NCBI GenBank assembly: GCA_964016885.1
Contig: OZ024748.1
Location: 26,722,001 to 26,786,000, forward strand
Length of the DNA: 64,000 nt
Direction of reading: 5' to 3'
DNA from: Eledone cirrhosa
Lineage: Eukaryota
The notes under the pieces were generated by a model. It did not search any database and was not told where the DNA came from. It saw only the letters and a list, made by a program, of their open reading frames with translations. Below, piece by piece: positions 1 to 14,478 of this stretch (positions are counted from its first letter, which is position 1; each line of letters starts with the position of its first letter). A program made the translations under genes and the position numbers.

Positions 1-575
1 TGTCAGCAGAGGTATTAGTTCTCTAAACTTCTTCCAGCCTGTTCTGATCTTGGCTATCACACTTTCAGTGCATCTTCCTCCACTGCTTATTTCTCCTATG
101 GATCTGCTGTGTACAAAGTCTACCTTTTCCGTTAATCTGCTGGCAATCCACCTACATCTCTTGTGCATCCATAGATTGCATAGTGTGCACCTTATAGAAT
201 TTCTACCCATCCTTTTCTGATATATTGGACAAGGCCATTTCACTGATATCACCCTTTTGTTCTCTTTCCTACTTATTAGGACTTTTGTCTTTGCTAAGGT
301 TAGTTTTAGGCCCTTCAACTCTAGGTTCTTCTTCCATGTTTGAAATTTTGTCCCTAACTCTCCTATGGATTCAGCTCGAAGGACTAGGTCATCAGCATAT
401 AAGAGCTCCCACAGAATGCCAGTTTTAAATTCCTCAGTGATGGCCTGAAGAATAATGATAAACAGGAGTGGACTGAGGGCTGAGCCCTGATGGACGCCCA
501 CCTGCACTTTAGATTCATCACTGTACTCGCTTCCAGCCCTCACCCAGGTGGTTGTTACTTTATACAAGCCATTCA
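1..575 (-). mobile_element. RTE-clade LINE fragment (RT domain), decayed
   Basis: Minus-strand translation gives VQVGVHQGSALSPLLFIIILQAITEEFKTG..WELLYADDL and ..ESVIAKIRTGWKKFRELIPLLT. Same family as 9000-12208; runs off the window edge. Confidence 0.9.
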
Positions 576-736
576 TCTATATAGTAGAGCGGCCACATTT
601 ACACTGTAACAGCAACAAGAAAACTGGCACGATCAAGCTCAAAGTTTGATCATATGATCACAATAGTACTAACTATAAGCATACATAAGCAGAAGGCAAT
701 GCGACAAACCTAAAGGTATGTTATGGCAAAAGTGTG

Positions 737-760
737 GATAATTTTTGACTCACCCTCATA
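737..760. mobile_element. Single mariner-like terminal inverted repeat remnant
   Basis: ataatttttgactcaccctcata resembles the reverse complement of a TA-CGAGGGTGAGTCAAA mariner end. No partner TIR found. Confidence 0.4.
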
Positions 761-1306
761 TATACGGTGGCTGCAAACTCGTTTTCGAGTACAGCCACTA
801 CTTTATATCCATGTAGGAGAACCCCTATCGATGCGCTGAACGAGTGTGACTTTTTAGTCCAGCCAGCGACTTGAAAACTCTGGTACAAACACTACACTTG
901 TGACAATTATTGACACATAGTGCTGGGCCCATGGTACCATGGGACGACAAGTGCAGAGAGATCTCCAGATACAAAGCAATGCCTGTGCCGTGAAGCTTTT
1001 ATAGTGAACAAAGGCACTATATATATACTTACATACATACCCTCATATATATATGTACTTACCTACATACACAAATATGCATCTGTGTGTGTGTGTGTGT
1101 GTAACTTGCCATCATCATTTTACATGTATATATATGCAATTGGTTATTCAAGTGAGAGAAAAAAAGCAGTTGTTACATGTAGTAGAGTTTATTTATTCGT
1201 TTTTAAGTAACTTTCTGGCAAGTCTGAGTTCATTCATGCGCCTGAAAGAATGCATATATATGAGAAATATCTGAAGTAGGGACTGTGTGAATCATCTGCT
1301 TCAAAT

Positions 1307-1309
<3 letters not shown>

Positions 1310-1374
<65 letters not shown>

Positions 1375-1397
1375 GTATATATATATATATATGTATG

Positions 1398-1490
<93 letters not shown>

Positions 1491-1520
1491 ATTTACATAT
1501 ATATATATAGAGAGAGAGAT
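1310..1520. repeat. (TA)n/(TG)n/(GA)n compound microsatellite
   Basis: Direct reading. Similar compound microsatellites recur throughout (e.g. 16207-16385, 51860-52480, 58390-58520, 59200-59325, 62630-62810, 63010-63105). Confidence 0.97.
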
Positions 1521-1529
1521 ACACTCATA

Positions 1530-1695
1530 CATAGTGGGCTGGGTGCTTTTTGTTGTGGCACAAGTACATCCATCCATCTGACCGGGTGGACTGGGTGCTT
1601 TTTGTTGTGACACAAGTGTGACCACTTTACAGGGTGGACTGGGTGCTTTTTGGTATGACACAAGTATGACCACTTTACCTGGTGGATTGTCTTCT
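1530..1695 (-). mobile_element. RTE 3' UTR tandem-unit fragment
   Basis: Repeated gtggactgggtgctttttg units are the reverse complement of the aaaagcacccagtccac units at 11845-12045. Confidence 0.7.
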
Positions 1696-2487
1696 TTTTT
1701 TATCTAGGAACCACACACACATATACTGAAAAGCCTTCTGTGTGATGCTTTACCGACTTAATCTGAATCCTTCCTGAGCCAGTGAAGGAACCACTTTACA
1801 GTCACTCTTAACCTGCTAGAAACCACAGTTAAATACCCTCCCAAACCAAACCTGACTCTCTTTACCTAAGCAGGAGACATTAGATAATATGGTCTACTAG
1901 AGTTCATTACAATCTGAGTTCAAATCCCGTTGAGGTTAACTTTGACTTTCATCATTTCGGCGTCGATAAAATAAAGTACCAGTAATGTACTGAGTAATTG
2001 CTGGCCTTGTGCCAAAAGTAGAAACAATTATTTCTTAGATTAACTCCTCACCTCACCCCCACCCCACCCCCTCCTGAGATAGTAATGGCCTGAATACCTT
2101 TGATTATATGTCTCAAGCTAAACAACAACACTACCAATCCCTTAAATCAGTATTTCAACCTTTCTTTAATCCACCCCCTTAAATTCACATAACTTACTGG
2201 GTACCACCTCCAAGTTAATTTTATCTCAGAACTTTGACAAATATAATTGCCATCTTATTTGTTCCCCAAACCTTATTTCACCTGAGTTAGTACTCTTGTA
2301 AATGTGACAAACCCTTGTGGATGGCTGTGTACTCTTGAGGGTGGGGTGGAGGCTTTTGGTAGGGGTTAACCCCTGGCTACTTCATGACACCTCCACTTGA
2401 GTGGGAAGGTGGAGTAAGGAGTTGGGAGACAACAGTAAATCTTTGACATACACATATGTAGCTAATACTTCTATCTTCATTGTGGAG

Positions 2488-3040
2488 ATGGTGGTGGTGG
2501 TGGCGGTGGCATTGATAGTGATGGTGCTGATGGTAGTGATGATGATGATGATGGTGTTGGTGGTGACAGTGACAGTGGTGGTGTTGGTGGTGACAGTGAT
2601 AGTGGTGGTGGTGATGGTGATCATGGTGTTGGTGGTGACAGTGATGGTAGTGATGGTGACAGTGATGGTGGTGATGGTGGTGATGGTGACAGTGATGGTG
2701 TTGGTGGTGGTGATGGTGACAGTGATGGTGGTGATGGTGACAGTGATGGTGGTGATGGTGGTGATGGTGACAGTGATTGTGGTGATGGTGGTGACAGTGA
2801 TGGTGGTGATGGTGTTGGTGGTGACAGTGCTGGTAGTGATGGTAGTGATGGTAGTGATGGTGGTGATGGTGTTGGTAGTGATGGTGGTGATGGTGGTGCT
2901 GGTGACAGTGATGGTAGTGATGGTGGTGCTGGTGACAGTGATTGTGGTGATGGTGGTGACAGTGATGGTGGTGATGGTGTTGGTGGTGACAGTGATGGTG
3001 GTGATGGTGTTGGTGGTGACAGTGATGGTGGTGATGGGGA
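2488..3040. repeat. (GGT/GAT/GAC) trinucleotide-based minisatellite
   Basis: Repeating gtgatggtggtgatggtgacagtgatg pattern. Confidence 0.95.
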
Positions 3041-3112
3041 TGTCTCTATTGTTATACACCCTGATAGAAAAAGATGACTCCCACCCACAACTTTCACCTC
3101 ATGTCATCTCTA

Positions 3113-3897
3113 TTACCACCACCACCACCATGCCAGCACTATTACCATCATCACCACTAACCCCACCACCACCATTACCATCATCACCACTAACCCCACC
3201 ACCACCACCATTACCATCATCACCACCTACCCCACTACCACCACTAACCTCACTATCACCACCACCACTACCACCACCATTACCATCATCACCACTAACC
3301 CCACCACCACCACTACCACCACCATTACCATCATCACACCAACCCCACCCCCATTACCATCATCACACCAACCCCACCCCCGTTACCACCACCATTACCA
3401 TCATCACACTAACCCCACTACCGTTACCACCACCACCACTACCACCACCATTACCATCATCACACTAACCCCACTACCGTTACCACCACCACCACTACCA
3501 CCACCATTACCATCATCACACTAACCCCACTACCGTTACCACCACCACCACTACCATCATCACACCAACCCCACCCCCGTTACCACCACCATTACTATCA
3601 TCACACTAACCCCACTACCGTTACCACCACCACACCAACCCCACCCCCGTTACCACCACCATTACTATCATCACACTAACCCCACTACCGTTACCACCAC
3701 CACACCAACCCCACCCCCGTTACCACCACCACTACCATCATCACACTAACCCCACTACCGTTACCACCACCACCACTACCATCATCACACTAACCCCACT
3801 ACCGTTACCACCACCACCACCACCACTACCACCACCGTTACCATCATCACACTAACCCCACCACCACTACCACCACCACACCAACCCCACCACCACC
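3113..3897. repeat. (ACC/ATC)-based minisatellite
   Basis: Repeating ctaaccccactaccgttaccaccaccaccactaccatcatcaca-type units. Confidence 0.95.
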
Positions 3898-4182
3898 TAA
3901 CTGTAACACCTAACTTCTAGATTTCAATAGAAAAGTATATCAGTTGCAGGTTACTAGGTGTACTTTCAATTGTTTAGTAGTTTGTTGGTTACTATCCCCT
4001 CCCCCTTTACATGTTTAGAGGGGAACCCTTCACCGCCACCACCACCAAAACCACCGCCACCACCACCAAAACCACCATCATCATCTTATACATAAACTTA
4101 TCAGAACCTTAAACAATGTTGTGACCCAAGGAAAAATAATATTAGCTTGTGATGCTGTGGGGAGTTGTAAAGGAGACCCAGT

Positions 4183-5373
4183 TGTGTGTTTGTGTGTATA
4201 TGTAGTATGTCTGTGTGTATGTGTGTCTATACGTATATGTATGTGTGTCTATATGTAGTATGTCTGTGTGTATGTGTGTCTATACGTATATGTATGTGTG
4301 TCTATATGTAATATGTCTGTGTGTATGTGTGTCTATATGTAATATGTCTGTGTGTATGTGTGTCTATACGTATATGTGTGTGTGTCTATATGTATATATG
4401 TGTGTGTATGTGAGTCTATGTGTATATTGATCTGTATGTCTATATGTATATGTATGTGTGTCTATATGTATATGTATGTGTGTCTATATGTATATGTATG
4501 TGTCTCTATATGTATATGTATGTGTCTCTATATGTATATGTATGTGTCTCTATATGTATATGTATGTGTGTCTATATGTATATGTATGTGTGTCTATATG
4601 TATATGTATGTGTGTCTATATGTATATGTCTGTATGTCTATATGTATATGTATGTGTCTATATGTATATGTCTCTGTGTGTCTATATGTATATGTCTGTG
4701 TGTCTATATGTATATGTCTGTGTGTCTATATGTATGTGTGTCTATATGTATATGTATGTGTCTCTATATGTATATGTATGTGTGTCTATATGTATATGTA
4801 TGTGTCTCTATATGTATATGTATGTGTCTCTATATGTATATGTATGTGTGTCTATATGTATATGTCTGTGTGTCTATATGTATATGTCTGTGTGTCTATA
4901 TGTATATGTCTGTGTGTCTATATGTATATGTCTGTGTCTATATGTATATGTATGTGTCTCTATATGTATATGTATGTGTGTCTATATGTATATGTCTGTG
5001 TGTCTATATGTATATGTCTGTGTGTGTATATGTATGTGTCTCTATATGTATGTGTCTCTATATGTATATGTCTGTGTGTCTATATGTATATGTCTGTGTG
5101 TCTATATGTATATGTCTGTGTGTCTATATGTATATGTCTGTGTGTGTCTATATGTATATGTCTGTGTGTCTATATCTATATGTCTGTGTGTCTATATGTA
5201 TGTGTGTCTATATCTATATGTCTGTGTGTCTATATGTATATGTCTGCGTGTCTATATGTATATGTCTGTGTGTCTATATCTATATGTCTGTGTGTATATA
5301 TGTATGTGTGTCTATATCTATATGTATGTGTGTCTATATGTATATGTCTGTGTGTCTATATGTATATGTCTGT
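4183..5373. repeat. TA/TG-derived minisatellite (~22-24 bp unit tgtgtctatatgtatatgtc/tatg)
   Basis: Direct reading; explains the spurious M/Y/V/C-rich ORFs. Confidence 0.95.
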
Positions 5374-5688
5374 GCTGAAAGGGTTTGATGGTGTCATGTA
5401 AAACTAAGACTTATATTTTATATTTTAAGCTTTGATTTTCACAAAATGAATACATCATTTTATCTCCCCCAAAACGGGAGGCCCTCCCCCCTTTAACCAC
5501 ACACACACACACACACACACATACACACACACAGCTATTTGATTTATTAATGTGCTAATTAGTATTTAATTTTGTCAAAGTTGTTTACGAGATGTGAACT
5601 TAAAAAACAAAATTAAAACCAATTTAAATAGATTAAGAACTAATAAATGAATACCCCCCCATTACTCTGATCAGTACACAACAACATA

Positions 5689-6003
5689 CAGCGGAAAGTT
5701 AGTTGACATAATTCGTTCCGGAAGGCCGTTCATCACTCAATATGTTCATAGACCAAAACTATTTTTCCCTTACAAACTATTGAGAGAGAAATACAGTGAG
5801 AGAGAATGTGTGTGAAAGACAGATAGATATCACCATAGTAACTTACAGCAAATGACACTTTCCCGCCGATACTCCAAGCTTGTTGCCAACCAGTGTTGCC
5901 AGCTCGGGGATTGTTTGTGAACCAAGACGTTTTATGTTTGGAAAAATTATTCATGACACAATTTGTTTGCAATGAGAGGAGGTCATGAACAGAGGTTCCG
6001 CTG
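5689..6003. mobile_element. pogo/Tigger-like (Tc1-mariner) MITE
   Basis: TA|CAGCGGAA ... TTCCGCTG|TA termini with TA target duplication. Internal aattcgttccggaaggccgttc motif resembles Tigger-type MITEs. Confidence 0.7.
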
Positions 6004-6188
6004 TACTAATATAGTATTGTAGCAATGTCTGCATGGTTAAGGAATTTGCTTCCCAATCATGTGATTTCAAGTCTAGTCCCTCAAGCAAGTGTCTTCTACT
6101 ATAGCCGCAGGTTGACCATCATCATTGTTTAATGTTCATTTTCAAAGTGTGGGAATCAAATTTGATAGGCTTCCTGTATATATATATA

Positions 6189-7290
6189 TCATCATCATCA
6201 TCATCATCATCTTCGTTTAACGTCCGTCTTCGACGCTAGCATGGGTTAGACGGGAGTTGTCCCACTTGAGGCAAGGTTGGTCGGGTGACCATGTCTCGCT
6301 TATATAGGACTATCTGGCAGGTTTTCTACGGCTGGATGGATCCCCTTCCTAACACCAACCAGTGTGGAACTGGGAACTTTTTACCGTGTTACCTACACGG
6401 CCACATTACAGCGTGGACTGTGTGATTTTTGTCGTGATACCTACACGATCTTGATCTCATTATCTCATTTATTTGGAGGGGGTGTATATTTGGTTAAGAG
6501 GTGCCTACTGACTGTAGGTTTCGCTTTGTACAAGATGGGTCTTCTGTATTACTGCGTAGCGCCAAAGATCTCGGACCAGTGACATTGTGTTAGAGAGGTG
6601 CAAGTGTGTAAGGTCGGAATTTATCAGATCGTCCCAGGTTTTTTTGGGTCTACCTACTCCGTAACTACTATCAATTTTGATCGCCCTGCACTTTTTTGTA
6701 CAGCTGTCATCTTTCATGCGCATCACGTGACCATACCAACGTAGTCTTCTCTCAAGTAAACAGCATCTGATCCCTCTTATTCCTAATTTCTCACTTAGTT
6801 CATTTATGCTTTGCCGTTCGTGTATATTACTATTACACATTCAACAGAGCATGCATGCTTCGTTCCTTTCCAGTCTGCGCAGGTCCTCTGCAAGCAATGC
6901 CCATGTCTCACTGCCATGTAGCATTAATGTTCGTATACAGGCATCATACAATCTGCCTTTCATTTTTAGAGAGAAACCTTTTGTGGCCAACAGTGGTATA
7001 GGCTCTCTGAACTTTTTCCATCCCGTTCTGACTGACTACTGTACTTTCAGAACACCCTCCACCACTGTTGATTTTGTCAACCAGGTAACGGAAGGTGTCC
7101 ACTATTTCTATAGGGCAATAGAAGGAGATAGTATTCTGTGGGCACTTGCTACTTATTGCACCTGAGCATCAGCCACATATAAAGTCTACGTTCTTAGATA
7201 GCTTACCTGTGATCCCACTACATCTTTTATGTATCCATAATTTGCATTTGGGACATAAAATGGAATTTCTGCCTACTCCTTTCCTACACT
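6189..7290 (-). mobile_element. 5'-truncated RTE LINE with 3' UTR and (GAT)n tail
   Basis: ORF 6505-6840 (LRWYGHVMRM..GRPKKTW) is an RTE C-terminus. Tail ggacgttaaacgaagatgatgatg on the minus strand. Confidence 0.9.
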
Positions 7291-8999
7291 CTTGTATTTA
7301 CAGCCTATAAATGTTAGCCAGTACATCAGTTTGGGGTCTAGAAAGCCAGGGAAAAAGCCATGAATATTTGATGTACCTCGTCATAAATATCTCTCAGCCT
7401 CTTTGAATGAGAAAAAAAAAGTATTCAATCTAAACTATAATAAAGTAAGGAGTGTGGGACAGCATACGGTTTATAATTTTTTATCCCCTTAGTAAAATAA
7501 GTTGGATTACTTTAAATAAATAATGAATGAATATTACATAATTTATCTACTAAATTTCGTAGCCGTTGATTGAATATATTTTATTGTTTATTTAAAGATT
7601 CACTTCTTTAAAATTTTCAAATGTCAACACTTCCGGTTAGCAATCACTTAAATAAACATTCAAATATTTCCGTCACTAATTTTCTCCTAATGCAGTTTAT
7701 ATATAATATCGTCTTTTTTAATGTATCATGGATTGTTACTGATTACATAAGACAGTGTAACACAGTCTTCGTTCAATTTCTATGTATTATATATTGTCAA
7801 TTACAATTTTATTTGATGTATCATATCTACATGTATATATACTTGCATATAATATCAATATACACACTACACATTCTAGCAGAAAACCACCCGAAGTATA
7901 TGTAATATACCACCGAAGTATATGTAATAGAGTTTATTAATTTATTTAAAACTGTAGGGGTGTCCTCCTTGAATTCCACTTTTTTTTTCACAGTGACTAT
8001 ATATATATTTATATATATATATAAATAGGATTTCGCTTCATATATATATCTTTACACACACAAACATAATGAGTCCCGTCCCAGAAGCAAATGATGCCTT
8101 TAAAGAGGACTAAGAAGTGAAGAAGAAGAAATGGGGAAGGTCATAAAATAGGATAGAGGAGAAGAAGGTAGGGGTGTGGAATAGAAGACAGAAAATAACC
8201 CTCAGCCTAAACCAGGGTGATGATGTTGGGGGTGAAACCCTTTGAAAAAAAAAAAAATGAATAGCTGGATTCAATTGATATGTTAAATCTTTTTTATTAC
8301 TTGTTATTATGGTATTTCCTGTAGCTTATATATTCACACACTACACCCATACTCACACACACAGACATACACATGCATGGACACTATACATACAGAGATA
8401 TACATACACACGCACACACACACATGTATCTAAGTTTTCATACTATATTTAGAGACACATATACCTACACATACATATATATATGCTTGTATTATTATGA
8501 TTGCAAAGATTTTTTTCTGGTCAAATGTGAGCAATATCTTTTTCTACTCCTCTTGTTGACTCAGCCACACCAACAGTTGCATCTGGGCTTGATAGAATTT
8601 TAAAATATATATAAATGCCTTTTCTTAATAGCTGTGTAGTGTACAAGTGTGTACATTTCTCTATACATTATATCTGATATTTCAATTTTCTCCCATAGTA
8701 TTTTAAAGTAGATTTATCCTGCACACTGGGGTGCCTAGTCCCTTCCCCATTTAACGCACCACCGTACTTCTAGACCATTCAAACGACAGTAACACCAGTT
8801 ATCTTCAAATGTAACTCTAGCATCAATATCACTATTACTATCACTCATATAAGGTATGAGTGCTGTGTGTTTTAGTTGGACCGTGTGGTGGCTGGACTTT
8901 AGAGTTTGAAAACGTTTTCTTGGCATGAATTTACTCGAATATAGACAACCAAGAGAACCTTCTTTATTTCAGGCATGGAAAGCTGGGGCCAACCCCAAT

Positions 9000-11900
9000 A
9001 CAGATTCAACCTCCCTTCCAAAGCTCCTACCCTACTTTTCCAGCAAACTCCAAAACTTCAGAGCTGCAACCATTAATGTAGATACAATGAGAGGAAAATA
9101 AGGAGAGATTATAGAGATATTAGAGTGAAAGAGACTAGATGTGGGTTGTGTACAAGAGACTGGTGGAGAGGAGGATCAGCTAGGCTAGAATGATGCCACA
9201 AATTTTTCTGGGTGGGAAATGATTATGGGCTAAATAGAGTAGGTATTTTGTTAGCAGAAAATGGGTAGATAATGTAATTGCAGTACATAGAGTAAATGAA
9301 AGAATAACTGAACTCAGGATAGTCCTAGATAGAGCAATTATATCTACATATGCACCACATTTGGGACTACCAGACGGACTAAAAGATTACTTTTACAGAC
9401 TACTTCTCTGGTGAACAACAAGGAATTATTAATCATGGCAGGAGAATTTAATGGGCATGTTGGGCAACACAGTGATGGATTCTACGGGATACATGGTGGG
9501 TATGGGTTTAGTATTAGAAATGAGGAAGGATGCTAATGAACTGACAATCTGTAACACTAACTTCAAAAAACCTGATAACCACTGGTTCACCTATAGAAGA
9601 AATTTAAGGATATCTTACTTGACACTTTTGACAAGGAAGAAGAAATAACGACATACAATATAGAGGTATATGGCTAAAGCAGAGATTCCAGGGGTAGGAA
9701 AGTGACTTGGTGGTGGAATAGTAAGGTGGATGAAACAATTAAGGCCAAAAGACAAGCATGGAAGGAATGGCAAAATGGGGGTAGCAGAGAGTTCTGCCAA
9801 ATGGCAAGGAGAGAGGTGAGGCGACAAGTATACTTTGTAAGGAGGGAAGTGGAAAGTAAAAATTTTATGCATGTTTTGCGGCATGATGAGCAAAGACATG
9901 AGGCGTTCACGATCACAAGGTAGTAACAGGGAAAATAGTGATGTTGTCAGGGAGAAGTGTATTCATAATAACAATGCTGTACTTGCCCTCACTGAAACCA
10001 AAAAGAAAGCAGCATGGAAGTGTCATTATCAGAGGTTGATGAATGAGGAAAATGTGTGGGAAGAAAATAGCCTGCCCCAAGTGGACCTTACAGAGGGACC
10101 AGCAGTGTGGTAAGGCAATTAAAGACATGAAAACAGGCTAAGCAGTGGGACCATCAGGAATAGTTCCTGAGATGCTGAAAGCATCTGGGATGGTAGGACA
10201 CACTATAACTACCTATATTGTTAACCAAATAATACAAAATAGTGCCATACTCAATGACTGGTGTAGCAGCAGCATCATCAACTGATACAAGAGCAAAGGT
10301 GTTGCACTAGATAGAGGGAACTATTGTGGCATCAAACTGATGGACCAGGTCATGAAAGTTACAGAAAGAGTCATTGTACAACTGATTAGGAATCAAATTA
10401 ACCTAGATGAGATGCAATTTGAATTTGTGCCAGGAAAAAGTGCCACGGATGCCCTCTTTCTTATGAGGCAACTACAGAAGTATCTAGCTAAACGCAAAAC
10501 CCTGTAAGCATTTTTTTACCTAGAGAAAGCTTTTGACATTGTCCTCCCTTCTGCAACCTGGTGAGCACTTAAGAAACAAGGAGTAGAAGAGTGGGTAGTG
10601 AGGGCAGTACAGACCATGTACAGAGGTGCTGATAGCAAGGTTAAATTTAATAATGACTATAGCGAGGAGTTTAGTGTACAGGTTGGGGTCCCCCAAGGTA
10701 CTCTCCTCACCCCTCTCCTGTTTATTATCATCCTTCAGGCCATAACAGGGTGCCCATGGGAACCCCTGTATGCTGATGATCTAATTCTCATAGCTGAATC
10801 TATGACAGAACTAAAGAAAAATTAATGACCTGAAAGTATAACCTGTAATCAAAAGGTCTTAAAGTTAACTTGGCAAAGATCAAAGTTCTAGTAAGTAGGA
10901 AAGAAAACAAGACCCTGATCCCATCAGGGAAATGACCCTGCTCAATGTGTAGAAAAGGGGTGTTTAGAAATTCCATTCTCTGTCCTAAATGCAAGCTATG
11001 GGTACATAAGAGTTGTAGTGGGATCTCAGGTAGGTTAGCTAAGAATGTAGGTTTTACTTGGGGTCCTTGCACAGAGCAGTAAGTAACAAACACTCACAGG
11101 AAACAAGTGCTATCACATTCTTAGAAGATTCTGTAGAAGGAGTTGACAGCTTCTGCTACCTGGGTAACCAAATTAAAGTGGGTGTACTGAAAGTACAATA
11201 GCCAGAGTGAGAATGGGGTGGAGAAAGTTCAGAGAGCTACTACTGCTGCTAGCTACAAAAGATTTTCCCCTCAAAATGAAGAGCAGATTGTATGATGCAT
11301 GTATACGAACAGCTATGTAACAGGGTAGTGAGACCTGAGTGCTGTGTGCAGAGGACCTGTGAAGATTGGAAAGAAATGAAGCTTCCATGCTTCAACGGAT
11401 ATGTAATAGAAATATACATGAACGGCAAAGCATAAATGAACTGAGAGAAATTGGGCCTAAGAGGAATCGGATGCACTGTTCAGGAGAGTAGATTGCGTTG
11501 GTATGGAAATGTGATGCATATGCCAGATTACAGCTGCATAAAAAAAAGTGCAGGGCGCTCAAAGTTGAGGGAAGCTATGAAATAGGAAGACTTGGGGTAA
11601 GGTGATAAAAGCTGACCTTTCACAATTACACCTCTCAAAGGTGATGACACAGGATCAAGATCTTTGGCATTATGCAGTAATACAGAAGACTCACCTTCTT
11701 ATGTGCACAGGTTGAAGCATACATCTAGTACGCACTACTCTCCCTTACCTACCTCTTCCATACACTTCCAACATCATAACACCCTTCTTTTGATCCACCC
11801 TAGATCTGCCTCTCCAAACCCTATGCACCTCCACCACCCCATCCCCAGTCCACACTGTAAAGTAGATGTCATGACAAAAGCACCCAGTCCACACTGTAAA

Positions 11901-12208
11901 GTGTTCTGGTAGGTGTCACAACAAAAAGCACCCAGTCCACACTGTAAAGTGTTCCGGTAGATGTCATGACAAAAAGCACCCAGTCCACACTGTAAAGTGG
12001 CCGTGTACGTGTCACGACAAAAAGCACCCAGTCCCTTCTGTAAATGTGGTTGGCATTAGGAAGGGTATCCAGCTGCAGAAACCATACCAAAATCAGTCCA
12101 GTATAAGCCAGACATGGTCATTTGATCTGGCTTGGCTTACAACAGAACAACTCGTCTAACCCATGCTAGCATGACAAAATGGACGTTAAATGATGATGAT
12201 GATGATGA
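9000..12208 (+). mobile_element. Near full-length but decayed RTE LINE (APE endonuclease + RT), internally deleted
   Basis: APE start FRAATINVDTMRGK..LDVGCVQET at ~9057. RT motifs GVPQGTLLTPLLF and YADDL at 10600-10800. C-terminal LRWYG. 3' UTR with ~50 bp tandem units ends ggacgttaaatgatgatgatg at ~12208. Many stops and frameshifts; 5' boundary approximate. Confidence 0.9.
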
Positions 12209-12612
12209 TATATATAAACATGTATACACAGCTAATATGTATATAGACACAGATACTTGCACACAAACATAGATAGATAGATATACACAAAGACATTTTC
12301 ATCAACACCACACACTCAAACACAACCCATTTATTTCAGCAGAGAGAAATGGGGGGATAATACTATCAATGAACCTGTTCACATTTCTGGTTTGTGTTTA
12401 AATTCAAGGATCATTAAACCCACAACCCTTTCAACTGTTCATATGGAAACATGTTAATAAACCAACAATTAACAAGAGTTTTAAACTCTTAAAGTCCTAT
12501 ACCACATAAGCAAGGTATTGTTGAAAAGTACAAAACAGCAGTATGACTGTATCACATTAAATAATTTTAACAACTCTGCATAGATGAAAGGTAAAATTAA
12601 CTCAAGCAAGAT

Positions 12613-13047
12613 TTAACTCTTTTTATACAAACTACTGGAAACCACCTCTGGTTCTAAAGTACAAAGCTATTTGTTTTAAAGTGTTATATTTATCTAAAAC
12701 CCTTTCTTTATAATTTTATATAAGAACCTTTGCTAAGTTATGTTCCAAACACCAGCTTAATAATGAGTATGTTAGTTATTTAACAAAATACCTCCAAATT
12801 CTTGATTTATTTCAAAATAAATTAAAAACCATAGGCAATGTCTTTTATGAGAGATGTAATGAAAGGGTTAAAGTGTTTATATTTATCTAAAACACTTTCA
12901 TCATAATCTTATATAAGAACCTTTGTCAAGTTATGTTCCAATCACCAGCTTAATAGTAAGTTAGTTATATTACTAAATCCCCCCAAAATTCTTGATCCTT
13001 TTCAAGCAATGTCTTTTATAAGAAATGTGTGACAATGAAAGGGTTAA
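12613..13047. mobile_element. TTAA-flanked piggyBac-like MITE plus tandem partial duplicate
   Basis: TTAA-CTCTTT...AAAGGG-TTAA (12613-12871); the internal part is repeated to a second AAAGGG-TTAA at 13047. Related pieces near 31890-34803, 39280-39440, 60473-60600 and 61000-61196. Confidence 0.6.
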
Positions 13048-13275
13048 AGTCATAATCCAAGGCATTTAGTTCAACACTCTATCACTTTTTCCCTAATACA
13101 CTAAATCCCTCCTTTTATAGAATCTCTGCCCTAAAGCACTGCATGGGTCTCCACCCACCTTTCCTTCAAAATTGTCATCAAAAACCCATTCATTTATGCA
13201 GAATGGCCTTGAAATGAAAATGTGATCTTAAAAACCTATTAGTTCTCTCCTAATTAGCTATTTCATAATGAATAT

Positions 13276-13320
<45 letters not shown>

Positions 13321-13391
13321 TACATATACACATATACAAAGGTTCTGCACCAAATTTGTATATAAACCAACAAATGACATAATTTGGTATG

Positions 13392-13545
13392 TATCATCAT
13401 CATCATCATCATCAACGTTTAACGTCCGTGTTCCACGCTTGCATGGGTTTGGACGGGGGTTTTCCCACTTGAGGCAAGAGTGATTGTCTTGCTCGCATAG
13501 GACTGTCTGGCAGGTTTTCTACAGTTGGATGCCCTTCCAACCCAG
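13392..13545 (-). mobile_element. RTE-type 3' tail fragment (SINE or LINE end)
   Basis: (ATC)n followed by cgtttaacgtccgtgttccacgcttgcatggg. The same tail occurs at 14233-14370(+), 37480-37730(+), 37950-38290(+), 58140-58380(-), 59328-59455(+) and 61750-61910(+). Confidence 0.8.
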
Positions 13546-14478
13546 TATATATGTCATCATCATCAACATATATACATTATATACCAAATCTACAAACCAA
13601 TATATTGCGTAATTTGGTATGTATATATGAAGCAATGTAGTATATATCATCATCATCAACATATATACATCATAAGCCAAGTCTACACTTGGCTAATAAA
13701 CATACAAAGTTACTTACGCAAGAAGACATTCAAACAAGAATGTATAACTTAATATATTATACATAAGATAGTGTATATATGAATATAAGTATATACATGA
13801 ATATAAGTATATACATCAATATAAGTATATACATGTATATAAGTATATACATGTATAACTAGATTTGCAATGTACAAACACACATACACACATACACATA
13901 CATAGGCACATTGACACAATCATAAACTAATTGCTTAACATGTAAAAATGTAGACGTATATCACAACAATATAAACCAACGTATATTCCTATATACATGT
14001 GTATGCGTAGGAGTATGTTCATGTGTGTGTGTGTGTATACACACACACACAAACAGTATAAACATAATCATAAATATTCAGATTTTATATGTGAGTGTGA
14101 GTATGGATGTATCTGTGTGAGTATGCATGTATGCATGTATATATGTGTGTGAGAGAGTGCATGTGTATATGTTATATGTAAGCATATATAAATGTATATA
14201 TATGTAAGCATATATAAATATATATATATACTGTAAACATGGTTGGTGTTAGGAAGGGTATCCAGCCGTAGAAAACCTGCCAGACAGTCCTATACGAGCA
14301 AGACAACCAATCTTGCCTCAACTAGGACAATTCCCGTCTAAACCCATGCTAGCGTGGAAGATAGGCGTTTCCGTATAGCCAACCATGATGTAATATTAGG
14401 AAAAGCACTCAATGTTATGCAACTCATCCATCTTTGATGTTGAATCTTGTTGGTGGGGCGAGAACGGAGTTAATTATT

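Noticed and set aside
2382-5401. Long ORFs of 225-355 aa (Thr/Val/Pro-rich; Met/Tyr/Cys-rich)
   Set aside because: They are translations of simple repeats open in several frames and strands, with no domain or splice support; not reflectin- or mucin-like genes.
5705-5740. HHR-like string on the minus strand (gTGATGA a CGG-cctt-CCG GAAC)
   Set aside because: Both core boxes are mismatched and the sequence is explained as the subterminal region of the Tigger-like MITE.
8720-9000. HDV-like ribozyme at the RTE 5' end
   Set aside because: Only a GGTGC/GCACC pairing is visible; I could not build the nested double pseudoknot by eye.
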